Origin: Spirochaetia bacterium
Lineage (GTDB): Bacteria; Spirochaetota; Spirochaetia; UBA9216
Reading direction: 5' to 3'
Length of the DNA: 64,000 nt
Assembly (NCBI GenBank): GCA_963675665.1
Contig: OY776510.1
Span: 3,008,001-3,072,000 of the forward strand
The position numbers and the translations under genes are program-made. Shown here in pieces: positions 21,501 through 29,545 of the stretch. The first letter of the stretch is position 1. Each line of letters opens with the position of its first letter. The notes under the pieces are model-generated. The model saw only the letters and a list, made by a program, of their open reading frames with translations, searched no databases and was not told the origin of the DNA.

Positions 21501-21592
21501 AATAATGTCCAGATGCCTCCTGTGATTAAACCCGTCCAGAGCATGATTGTGCCGACGGGGCGTCTTAAAAAGAGCTCAGGAATCTTCATCAA
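18584..21592 (-). CDS. RND (AcrB-like) permease, subunit 1
   Basis: FLRRPV, LNLMSLGGLALGVGMVVDNSIVV, GISVNNGILL, SRLRPILMTSLTT. Confidence 0.93.
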   Translation of the reverse strand: MMKIPELFLRRPVGTIMLWTGLITGGIWTLFNIRTDFLPDFSVPRLTVISTYQGLPADEIRRLITIPLEDSLSSLGGLRRIKSISRDGLSLIELEFPWGTDRTEAGLETRGVIDLAWHNLPSDASKPRVLAVDPGDQPIITLGIFPKNGSLSLARRIADRELRSRLQRIEGVGSIQLSGGLTDEVKVEVDPKRLAGLGYTLPALASALEGANIDYPAGTITEGNTEYLVKTRSRAQSLMELGGIFLPKQNGDSSSATIRLRDVASIEMGQKEQSSVFFSASGSGIREGVRLQIRRTAGFSPAAMAENIRRELEEISRSFGRDLDIYIISDRSLSLKQSMHDLAFSLLSGAVFAFVIILLFMRNLPRALLLLISLPSSLLLSVLMLFLTGKSLNLMSLGGLALGVGMVVDNSIVVTERMSRLGLSSQEPEARIALVSQALRELAPSLAGSTLTTVIVFLPLLFIRGLTGSLFADLGLSVIFALISSLLLALSFIPVLYLVLNPKDINDIKNRGNPRPIIRLVKTGMKHPAIAGLIALLCCAAAVIPFPELPLEVITPINEGIIRGSLKLPPGTSIKSVRLTAEELAGEISTISGVEHVNAWAGGESSDPYYLASTDESSGIIQLEINHRKNADTAFIKKRLSSLTAPETGTLNTGPPENILANLLGINVNSDWVISGDKPGIVRRSAEEAVRGLADVRLVPEDRKTRILVYPDRKALSSYGIGLSDLSEHIGQAVYGEIPTNILINGEETDVRLRIMESERSERGDILQLNMPGQGSAPVRLSSIVRIQDEQALPYLLREGRKDLAVIRTPSDTGRNITSLLKSRGAEPRDVPVLMSQLPQIIRTLILAVILLYLCLGIQFESFFLPLLLMLSIPAGASGIIAILFLTGHSLNLNSSLGILVVMGISVNNGILLFEEASRLMKQSGALPLGAIYRGTISRLRPILMTSLTTITALIPLAIDPFGTSSQASLAVSIIGGLVVSTLMSLLVLPNIIKTRLKGRPG

Positions 21593-23132
21593 AAAGCTCC
21601 GCTGTCCAGTCTTTCGTCATCGAGTTTCCAAGACTGTCGGTAAGATCCGAATAAACCTGAAACAGGATAAGCCCGCTCTGCTCGGCATCATCGGTAAGCG
21701 ACGAGATCAGTCGAACTAAACCTTGATCAGCTTCGGGCGTCGGAACCGGGGACGAAGCTGCTGCAAGCGAATCGCCGGGATTGAATATTTGAAAATCAAG
21801 ATAACCGACTGATATGCAGGAATCGGCGGGGCTTATCAGAAAGTTTTCAACAAGGCTGAAGAAGGGAAGTTCCGCCCCGTCCGCAAGGCCGAAATAGTAA
21901 TCGATGTAGTAGGGATATTCGGTTGCGTCGCCGCCTGATGTATCGAGAATTTCATGACTTGATACAGCCGCTGAGGGAGTTTCAGCATCGTATATGCAGA
22001 ATCCTGTTCCGCCGTCGGGGGCCATGTTTACGCGCTCAAGCAGGGGGGGCGAAGATCCCCGACCGTCCACAAAAATGTAGTATATGTATTCTTCCTCTAT
22101 ACAGTTGTCCTGAAGATCGCTTAAGCCGGTTGATACGGCTATCCGGTATAGTTCATGCCAGAGAAGAGCGTCGTCAAAACTGATTATCATCTCTGCGGGG
22201 CTCGCTCCGTCATCGAAGCTGATATCAAAGTCAATGTCCGGTTCGACTGTAATTGCCGCCTCTGCGCTATCCCGGTTAACCTCTTCGGAAAAACCGAGTC
22301 GTATATCCCAGTCTTTCTCCCACCCGGTATTCACATTGATTTCCTGACCGTCCGGGGCCGAGGCAATAAGGTTCAGAGACCCTTCATCAGATGCCGCCGA
22401 AGTTATAAAAGGAGGCTCTTCGTCGCTGCCGACTCTGAAACTTGAGCTGTACTCTTCTGATAGAGCATAACCGTTTGTGCTTTTCAGATCGGTTGAGATA
22501 ACTATCGTGTATTCCTGTTGCCATTCAAGTTTTTCGGCAGGAGTAAATGTAAATATCGTCAGGTTTGCATCGAGCTTCGAGACGCCGGTAACGGACGGGC
22601 TTATTGAAAAAGCTGAGAGGACCGAATCAGGAGAAACCGGCGTGTTGAAGACAACAGCAACAGTTTTTTGCTGATCATCTACAGTTTCATCATCTGCGGG
22701 CGACACGGAAACGATAAGGGGCCTTTGCCCTCGCGCACCGATTCTGAACCTTGCCTGGAAGTCCTCGAACAGCGAGTTTCCTTGTGAATCTTCGGCGGAA
22801 GTAGTAAGTTTTATCTCGTAATCAGTATTGTCTTCCATCCGGGAATAGGGAACAAAGGTAAGTGCTGTTCCTTCGATTGATACCCTTCCGGGCACTTCCG
22901 TGCCCTCTGTGGTTATGCTGAAAGCGCCCTCCGTGCAGACCGGCTCGGGCTCCCTGTTGAATATCAGTTTCACATCCGAAATCTCCGATGGAGAACCCAA
23001 ATCTCCGCCGGGACTCCACGATACTATTTCGAGCGGCGAGCTGAGCATAGCGCTGCATGAAAAAAGAAGCGGAAAGACAACGAAGGTTGACAGAAATGTT
23101 TTTTGAAGGCTAAAAAAAGTTTTCATAATCAT
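21576..23132 (-). CDS. Lipoprotein with tandem bacterial Ig-like (Big_5/SbsA-type) domains
   Basis: Lipobox LLFS-C; repeats P-x-IVS-x-SP...FN/FS.PV...LTF.P...L...Y.I. Confidence 0.82.
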   Translation of the reverse strand: MIMKTFFSLQKTFLSTFVVFPLLFSCSAMLSSPLEIVSWSPGGDLGSPSEISDVKLIFNREPEPVCTEGAFSITTEGTEVPGRVSIEGTALTFVPYSRMEDNTDYEIKLTTSAEDSQGNSLFEDFQARFRIGARGQRPLIVSVSPADDETVDDQQKTVAVVFNTPVSPDSVLSAFSISPSVTGVSKLDANLTIFTFTPAEKLEWQQEYTIVISTDLKSTNGYALSEEYSSSFRVGSDEEPPFITSAASDEGSLNLIASAPDGQEINVNTGWEKDWDIRLGFSEEVNRDSAEAAITVEPDIDFDISFDDGASPAEMIISFDDALLWHELYRIAVSTGLSDLQDNCIEEEYIYYIFVDGRGSSPPLLERVNMAPDGGTGFCIYDAETPSAAVSSHEILDTSGGDATEYPYYIDYYFGLADGAELPFFSLVENFLISPADSCISVGYLDFQIFNPGDSLAAASSPVPTPEADQGLVRLISSLTDDAEQSGLILFQVYSDLTDSLGNSMTKDWTAELFDEDS

Positions 23133-24598
23133 TCTTCCTCCGCAAGGAATATGAATGATATTGCGTCAAGAAGGTACGAACCGCCGGGGGGTGCCGAATC
23201 GGATGAGCCGGCAGTAATTCTGAAGCGGTAGTAAACCGGCTCTCCCACAGAACAGCTTGCGAGATCTTCGTAAATTAATCGTATCCGTGTTTCACTTTCC
23301 CAGGCGGACGAATAGAGAGACGGGGCTGCAGTTCCGGGAGGGAAGACCGGAGACAGGCTTATGCACGAAACGAATTCCCGGCGTTCGTTTATTGATTCGG
23401 AGGGGAAGCCTTCGGCAAGGTTGACATAGAAATAAAGGGTGTCCGTGCCGTAGTAATCAAGATTCGGAATCGTAATATAACCGTCGTTGTTGAAGTCTCC
23501 TGCATACAGGACCATATTGGGCGGGATATTGTCTTCGATTTCCACACTCACTATTTCCTGGGCCGGTATTGACGGTGTGAAATACAGGCTCCAGTTGCTG
23601 GTAGTGGAATTCCCCCTTGTGTCCATCAATCCTTCTTCAATAATCAGTTCATATTCCTGATCAGGAGGAAGTTCTTCGTCGATGTAATACAATGCTGTCT
23701 GGGGATCTATGGCCACGATATATCCGTCTATAGAGGGGGTGAGCGACAGCTGACGTCTCAGGCTTGAGAAATCAATGCTTTCCGAAAAGGTTAGCGCAAG
23801 ATGCTGCCCGAGCAGCAGATCATCAGCGGAAAGGGCTGTCAATACCGAATAACTGCCGTCGGCGTTGTCGCCGGCAGGATAGATCCCGGTCACCGATGGA
23901 GCATCGGTATCTGCCTGGACAAGAAAGCTTCCGCTGCTTTTCCGGGGAAGGGGGATTCCCGCCTCGTCCGTTACCTCCGGAGATATACTCCAGTTGTAGC
24001 AGCACAGATTAATCCAGGCGTTGTCGGGAGTGATTGTTACAACAGTAGAATTTTCGTTCCAGCTGCAGTCGAATTCTGCAGACGGCCTGAGGGTGAACCC
24101 GTCGTCAAACGAATTCCTGTCTATCGGTTTGCTGAATGAGAACACAATGGTGTTGTCGACATCGACAATCGCCGTATTATCCGGAACTGTCGAAACGAGA
24201 ACCGGCGGAAGCTCGTCGGTTTGATAGTAAAATGGAATATCTATATATTTGGTAAAGCTTCTGCCGTCTGCTGTTTTCAAATCGCCGAAGATCTGCATCC
24301 GATACCTGTGCCCCGGCTGCATCTCTTTATGCGGAGCAAATACAACCGAATCGGTTTCCCAAAGAAAGTCTCCGTCCGCATCGCCGTCCGGGCCTGCAAG
24401 ACTGAATATCGATTCAAACGAGAAGCGGTCAGGCTCTTCGGAGAACCGGACAGTTATATATTCCTCCGGGCCGAAAATTTGTTCGGGTTCCGACGGATCC
24501 GGTTCAAGCTCCAGATCCCCGAGCCATATAAGTGCGCAGGAAAAAAACAGCAAAGGCAGGGCGCTGATGAATAGAACCGAAAGGGATTTATTGTACAT
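23129..24598 (-). CDS. Second lipoprotein with tandem Ig-like (Big_5/SbsA-type) domains
   Basis: Lipobox LFFS-C; PPVLVSTVP...FSFSKPIDRNSF, APSVTGIYP...LTFSESID. Confidence 0.82.
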   Translation of the reverse strand: MYNKSLSVLFISALPLLFFSCALIWLGDLELEPDPSEPEQIFGPEEYITVRFSEEPDRFSFESIFSLAGPDGDADGDFLWETDSVVFAPHKEMQPGHRYRMQIFGDLKTADGRSFTKYIDIPFYYQTDELPPVLVSTVPDNTAIVDVDNTIVFSFSKPIDRNSFDDGFTLRPSAEFDCSWNENSTVVTITPDNAWINLCCYNWSISPEVTDEAGIPLPRKSSGSFLVQADTDAPSVTGIYPAGDNADGSYSVLTALSADDLLLGQHLALTFSESIDFSSLRRQLSLTPSIDGYIVAIDPQTALYYIDEELPPDQEYELIIEEGLMDTRGNSTTSNWSLYFTPSIPAQEIVSVEIEDNIPPNMVLYAGDFNNDGYITIPNLDYYGTDTLYFYVNLAEGFPSESINERREFVSCISLSPVFPPGTAAPSLYSSAWESETRIRLIYEDLASCSVGEPVYYRFRITAGSSDSAPPGGSYLLDAISFIFLAEEE

Positions 24599-25955
24599 CT
24601 ACCGGGTCTCCTTCTTTAAGAAGGGGCGACGGATCTATGACTATAACATCGCCTTCTTCAAGCCCCTCGATAAGTTCATGCATTCCTCCCGATTCAGCCT
24701 CGACAACCACGCTCCTGGGATAAACCCTTCCGCCCTGTACAAGAAGCACCAGCCCGCGGCTGCCGTCGAGCCGGACGAACGAATTCGCCGGCAGCCGGAC
24801 AAGCTGCCGCGGGGGTCCGTATGTCAGCGAGAACCTGGAAAACATTCCGGGACGAAAGAGTCCTTCATTATTATCCAGTCCGGCTTTGATTGTAATATTA
24901 CCGCTGCCTGTATCTATGGTGGGGCTTATCCGGCGGATTGTCGCAGAAAATACCCGGTCTTTTACCGCGTCGAGACTCAACTCTACGGGCTGTCCGGGAG
25001 TCAGAAGGACGCCGATTTCTTCAGGCACTCCGAAAACGAGGTCCACCTCGGAAGAATCAAAGATGGTGAAAAGCTTGTCGTCCGCCTGAATTCTCTCTCC
25101 GGTTTCCATATATCTTGCCCCGATTATTCCGTCCATAGGCGAGAAGAGTTTTGTTTCCTCAATCAGGGCTTCAGCTGACTGCAGTTCCGTTTCGGCGGAT
25201 TTTACCTTCGCTTCAGCCGCTTTCAGCTCGGATTTCAACGTAAGCGAATTAAGGTTAAGAAGCAGTTTAAGTTTCCCGGCTTCATCGGAAGGAATATCGT
25301 AACCGTATTCGATAATATCCTTGTCCCTGAATCCGATTTTTTTAATCATTATGTCCTTTTCAAGGATCTTTATTTCCGTTTCAAGAGCTGAAAAAGAGAG
25401 TTCCATTGACGACAGATCTTCTTCGGCGGCTCCGCCTATGCTGAACAATTCCCTCTCGTTTTCGAGAAGCCCACGCTGATGTTCCAGTTCCAGAAGTTTC
25501 TGCTTCAGATTGAGTTCGGACTTCTCGATAGAAATCAGGTTGCCTTCTATTCGGAGTCTGCCCTCCCTGTATTGCGTTTCGGACAGTTCGTATGCAGCTT
25601 CAGCCGAGAAGAGAGAAGCCCGGGCCTGCTCCCTGCGTATCTCAAGCTGGATGTTGTAAAGGATTGCAACAGGCTGCCCGTTCCTTGCCTTGTCGCCTTC
25701 TTCAACCAGGAGATCCCTTATAGTTCCGTCGACCGCCGAGGTAATATCGGCCTTGCTGCGAAACGAAAGGTTTCCAAAACCGTCTATAACCTGCCTGATC
25801 TCTTCCCGTTTCAGGCGGCACACGCTTACACTGCGGGCTTCTCCGGCATCGGATATGTCACGGATCTCTTTCTTGCCGGTGCAGCAGGAAAAAAGCTGTA
25901 AAATTGTAAGCGTTATAATTACTGTTATGATCGTTCCGGTTTTTAATCGCATCAT
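24588..25955 (-). CDS. RND periplasmic adaptor (MFP) with long alpha-hairpin
   Basis: Lipoyl halves DGTIRDLLVEEGD and FSPMDGII; RISPTID, FRPGMF; start set at the ATG overlapping the TolC stop (TAATG). Confidence 0.9.
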   Translation of the reverse strand: MMRLKTGTIITVIITLTILQLFSCCTGKKEIRDISDAGEARSVSVCRLKREEIRQVIDGFGNLSFRSKADITSAVDGTIRDLLVEEGDKARNGQPVAILYNIQLEIRREQARASLFSAEAAYELSETQYREGRLRIEGNLISIEKSELNLKQKLLELEHQRGLLENERELFSIGGAAEEDLSSMELSFSALETEIKILEKDIMIKKIGFRDKDIIEYGYDIPSDEAGKLKLLLNLNSLTLKSELKAAEAKVKSAETELQSAEALIEETKLFSPMDGIIGARYMETGERIQADDKLFTIFDSSEVDLVFGVPEEIGVLLTPGQPVELSLDAVKDRVFSATIRRISPTIDTGSGNITIKAGLDNNEGLFRPGMFSRFSLTYGPPRQLVRLPANSFVRLDGSRGLVLLVQGGRVYPRSVVVEAESGGMHELIEGLEEGDVIVIDPSPLLKEGDPVDVQ

Positions 25956-27379
25956 TATTCGCAGTCCTTTATCAGGGAATTTGCTCCGTAATGGATGCTT
26001 GAACACAGGTGTTCAAGCTTGCCGAAGCCGGTCCCCGTAAGCTTTTCAAAAGCCCTTTCGGTTTGCATCAGTTCCATTACCTCTTCAAGAATGCCTATTT
26101 CTCCGCTGTAGAATTCGATTCTCGCTTCAAGCAGATCGGCTTCGGTGACCTCTCCCATTGTATTTCTTGTTTCAAGAATCTTCAGACGTTTATTCTGAAG
26201 CTCCTGGGTGCTGCGCCTTACCGTCAGTCTCAGTCTCATGTGTTCAAGTTCTTTCAGGGCGGTACGGACTGAGCGGTTGAGGGAGGTGACGGCGCTTTCA
26301 AGTTCTTCGGCCGCCTGCCGGAGTTGAAGCTTTGCTGATTTGCCGTCTGCAATAAAACCCGGGTCCGGCAATAACGAGACGTCGGCGCTGCCGGAACGTG
26401 AAATCTGATCATTGCCCTGGAATCCGCCGCCCATGCCGATTTCGGAGGGAGCCGGACTAAACGGAAATCCGAAGTTGAGACTCACGGAGCCTCCGGGCTG
26501 TTGAAGCGGAAAATCCGTTCCGCTTATAACCAGATTCACTTCAAGCGATATTGACGGAATATACGCCCTTTTTGAGAGTTCGTATTCCGTTCTTATCTGT
26601 TCTAGTTCGATGCGCTTTCCCCTGAGTTTCAGATTCGCCGTAGCTGCAGTCTGTAACCAGATACTGTGGTCATTTTCCCAAAGCTGAAGGCCCTGATATT
26701 CACGATCAAGAGAGCCTTTGAGTTCAAGAGGATTTTTTTCGAAAAAGAGGTGATCGAATCCGAGTAATACGGCGAAGTCCTGCATCAGTCCTTCGGTTTC
26801 GGTTTCGGTGTCCATAATGTCGAGTTCCATTTCCCTTACTTCAATAGCCGCTTCAAGGTAATCAAGCTCGGTCAGAGTTCCCATTTCGTATTTTTTGGCT
26901 GTAACCGAAAGCTGCTTGACCGAAATATCAAGCAATTCCTTCTGAAGATCCATTTTCTGTTCATTTAAAAGCAGGCCGTAGAAAAAACCCCACACGCTGT
27001 CGCGCAGTTCTTCCATACTGTTTTCAAGCGACGCGGCCTGCATTCGTAACCGGACATCTGCAAGCCTGAGGCCCTCAAGGCCCCGGCCTCCGTTGAAAAG
27101 CGGCTGTGTAATACTGAGTCCGAGTTGGATCGACTCTGAATCGCCTGAATGAAGGTTTGCCTGCCGGCCTGAACTATAGCTAAGATCAAAGCTGGGCAGG
27201 AAACTTCGAATATCAAGTTTGTTCTGAAGCGCTGCAAGTTCAATCTGTTCCCTTGCGTGGATAAGCTCTTTTGAGGATTCAAGAGCAAGCCTTTCAGCTG
27301 TATCAAGATCTATTCCCGTCGAATAAACAGCGACAGCTGATGTGAAAAAAAGGATTACAAACAGCCTATTTTTCATCAT
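25955..27379 (-). CDS. TolC-family outer membrane channel
   Basis: Signal peptide; FLPSFDLS, LSITQPLFNG, KYEMGTLTELDYLEA and duplicated MGEVTEADLLEA. Confidence 0.9.
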   Translation of the reverse strand: MMKNRLFVILFFTSAVAVYSTGIDLDTAERLALESSKELIHAREQIELAALQNKLDIRSFLPSFDLSYSSGRQANLHSGDSESIQLGLSITQPLFNGGRGLEGLRLADVRLRMQAASLENSMEELRDSVWGFFYGLLLNEQKMDLQKELLDISVKQLSVTAKKYEMGTLTELDYLEAAIEVREMELDIMDTETETEGLMQDFAVLLGFDHLFFEKNPLELKGSLDREYQGLQLWENDHSIWLQTAATANLKLRGKRIELEQIRTEYELSKRAYIPSISLEVNLVISGTDFPLQQPGGSVSLNFGFPFSPAPSEIGMGGGFQGNDQISRSGSADVSLLPDPGFIADGKSAKLQLRQAAEELESAVTSLNRSVRTALKELEHMRLRLTVRRSTQELQNKRLKILETRNTMGEVTEADLLEARIEFYSGEIGILEEVMELMQTERAFEKLTGTGFGKLEHLCSSIHYGANSLIKDCE

Positions 27380-27833
27380 AAATTGCCGAAGCAAGTTCAG
27401 CGATATTACTGTCGATCAGTTCAAAAGTCCACGAAAAGGAATCAATGCTTTTTTCGGTATCTTCGGTATAGAGCCTGTATGCCGCCGCTTCACCGTTCAG
27501 GGAAAGCTCGAGTCTCAGTGTCACTGATTCGCGGCTGCTGTAATCATACTGCCATTTTTTCATATGGAGAAAGATCTCCAGCTCGTAGATATCCTCGTCA
27601 GATTGTTCAAAGACTGTAAAGCCTGCGCCGGCAAGACAGCTTTTTACAAGGTCGGGCAACTCTTCCGAGATACCGTCAAGAATATAAGAAGGTTTGAGAG
27701 TGATTTTATTCAGATGGACCCCGGCAGATACAGGTATCTCCGTATATATTCTGGTTGAGCTGCTTCCGGGCAGAGTTGAGCAGGAACACAGAAAAACTGT
27801 GATTATAATGCCAGCGGCAATGATTTTTTTCAT
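27366..27833 (-). CDS. Small lipoprotein of unknown function
   Basis: MKKIIAAGIIITVFLCS-C; overlaps both neighbours in the operon. Confidence 0.8.
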   Translation of the reverse strand: MKKIIAAGIIITVFLCSCSTLPGSSSTRIYTEIPVSAGVHLNKITLKPSYILDGISEELPDLVKSCLAGAGFTVFEQSDEDIYELEIFLHMKKWQYDYSSRESVTLRLELSLNGEAAAYRLYTEDTEKSIDSFSWTFELIDSNIAELASAIYDEK

Positions 27834-28495
27834 TTATATTTCTCCGTTTTTTCAAGTAGATCCGTTACGGCCTGTCTTAACGGACTTTCGGAAGAAAGAA
27901 GTTCAAGTGCCCTTTCAAGCTGTTGCGAGGCGATCTGCGGATTCAAAAGCCCGCTGTAAATTTTCGCAAGCTCAATTCTGTTCAGCGCAAGTTCTTCCTC
28001 GAACAGGATTGAACGGCTTCGGTATTCTATTGCTTTCTGGTAATCATTTTTAACCGCGGCAATTGACGCAAGTATTCCGAGAACGCGGGGGTCTTCGGGC
28101 GCACGCGACAGGATATCCTCGCCCAGAGCGGCTGCCGCGTCTATATTATCAAGTTGAACAAGACAGCGAAGAAGCCAAATCTCCGCTTCATAGTAGTTTT
28201 CTGTTCTTTTAAGAAGCTTTTTCAGGGTATTTTCGGCCTCTTCATACCGCTCTGAAAAGAATTCCGCCTTGCCCTTCAATAGCCCGGCCTGATGAAAAGA
28301 ACTGTTTCCTTTTACAAGCGCGCTTGTCAATTTAAGGCAAAGCCCGAAGTCGGCGCGTTCATAGGCGTTTACAGCCCGGAAGTATAGATCAAGTTCCGTA
28401 CGGTCCGGCTCTGCCGGGCGGTTCAGAAAGAAGAATATTGTGACCGATAAGGCTGATGCGGCCAGAAATATAAGAAATGTTTTCTTAACTGTCAT
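27830..28495 (-). CDS. Membrane-anchored TPR protein, first gene of the operon
   Basis: N-terminal TM then TPR-like helices (LLKGKAEFFSERYEEAENTLKKLL, LAKIYSGL..QLERALEL). Confidence 0.85.
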   Translation of the reverse strand: MTVKKTFLIFLAASALSVTIFFFLNRPAEPDRTELDLYFRAVNAYERADFGLCLKLTSALVKGNSSFHQAGLLKGKAEFFSERYEEAENTLKKLLKRTENYYEAEIWLLRCLVQLDNIDAAAALGEDILSRAPEDPRVLGILASIAAVKNDYQKAIEYRSRSILFEEELALNRIELAKIYSGLLNPQIASQQLERALELLSSESPLRQAVTDLLEKTEKYK

Positions 28496-28744
28496 TCACT
28501 GATGTATAATCGCTTTTTTATCTGCTGCTTCTGAAAATAAAACAATGATTGTAAAAAAATCAGATTTCAGATTACAATTGGGAAATACGGCTGATATTTT
28601 TATATATCCTTTACAAGGAATACAAAAGAAATGAACTATAATGAATTCAACGGTTTTTCCGGGTCTCAAATCGAGACGCAAAATGAATATGCGGGTGCGG
28701 AGAATACGTGTTTCCGGATCGTGATTACGGTTGTTTGCTACCTG

Positions 28745-28773
28745 TTGACAATAATAGCGAGGAAGTGTATAAA
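28745..28773 (+). promoter_or_regulatory. Sigma70 promoter of tetR
   Basis: TTGACA-N17-TATAAA. Confidence 0.7.
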
Positions 28774-28779
28774 AATAAT

Positions 28780-28800
28780 ACATACCGGTAAGTCGGTATT
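28780..28800. promoter_or_regulatory. Putative TetR operator 1
   Basis: ACATACCGGTAAGTCGGTATT, imperfect palindrome just downstream of the -10; second copy at 29475. Confidence 0.75.
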
Positions 28801-28835
28801 TAGAATGAATGCCTTGTAATCGGAGAGGGTCGGAT

Positions 28836-29450
28836 TTGGCTGAAAACAAACCAAAAGACATCAGAAAACAGGAGATTCTGGACGCCGCTGAGAAATGTTT
28901 CGCGGAAAAGGGATTACAGGATACCAGGATTGATGATATCGCCCTGAAGGCCGGTTTGACAAAAGGCGGTATCTATTGGCATTTCAGGGACAAACGGGAA
29001 ATATATCTGGCCATGATTGACCGGCACCTGACTGCTGATCTGGAATTCTGGGAGAAGATTGTCAGTGTTGAACCTGTAACCCTGAAGTCTCTTGAAGCCG
29101 CCGGAATTCTGTATATCAGATATGCCGCGGAGAGCAGCAGTCATTTTTATCTTCATACGGAAATGCTCGCCCAGTCATTCCGGGATAATATCGTGAAAAA
29201 CAAACTGGAAAAGCTGCATTCGGACTGGAAAGTGAAAATCCGTGATTTTATTGTTTCTGTCCATGGGAGTCAGAATCGGGATCCCAAAGATTTTAATGCG
29301 GAAGGGACGGCATGTCTGCTCCTTTCCTGTCTGGAGGGATTCATTCATCAATTTTGGCTGGACCAGGCGGAGAAGAGCCTCGGTCGATATGAAAAATCAT
29401 GGATATATCTTGTCCGGAGTTTGCTTGGAGATCGGAGAAAAGAGAGATAA
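28836..29450 (+). CDS. TetR/AcrR-family transcriptional regulator
   Basis: RKQEILDAAEKCFAEKG..TRIDDIALKAGLTKGGIYWHFRDK; TTG start after GGAGAGG preferred over ATG 28809. Confidence 0.95.
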   Translation: MAENKPKDIRKQEILDAAEKCFAEKGLQDTRIDDIALKAGLTKGGIYWHFRDKREIYLAMIDRHLTADLEFWEKIVSVEPVTLKSLEAAGILYIRYAAESSSHFYLHTEMLAQSFRDNIVKNKLEKLHSDWKVKIRDFIVSVHGSQNRDPKDFNAEGTACLLLSCLEGFIHQFWLDQAEKSLGRYEKSWIYLVRSLLGDRRKER

Positions 29451-29474
29451 TTCCGGTTTTTTTTGAATAGAAAC

Positions 29475-29495
29475 ACATACCAACTGGTCGGTATT
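29475..29495. promoter_or_regulatory. Putative TetR operator 2
   Basis: ACATACCAACTGGTCGGTATT upstream of the gene at 29546. Confidence 0.75.
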
Positions 29496-29545
29496 ACATT
29501 AGAAAAATTGAGAAATCCCTTCCGGGGATTTATAAGGAGCTGCTG

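Noticed and set aside
24249-25178. 309-aa ORF on the plus strand
   Set aside because: Antisense to the MFP and Ig-lipoprotein genes; Ser/Pro-rich shadow translation
28496-28861. 121-aa minus-strand ORF and 62-aa plus-strand ORF at 28631 as intact genes
   Set aside because: They overlap promoter/operator elements; only the first ten codons of 28631 show homology (to 49012), so it is treated as a stub
28836-29450. TetR as the repressor of the divergent RND operon
   Set aside because: Its two operator-like repeats flank tetR and the downstream gene, about 285 bp from the RND operon start; not excluded but unsupported
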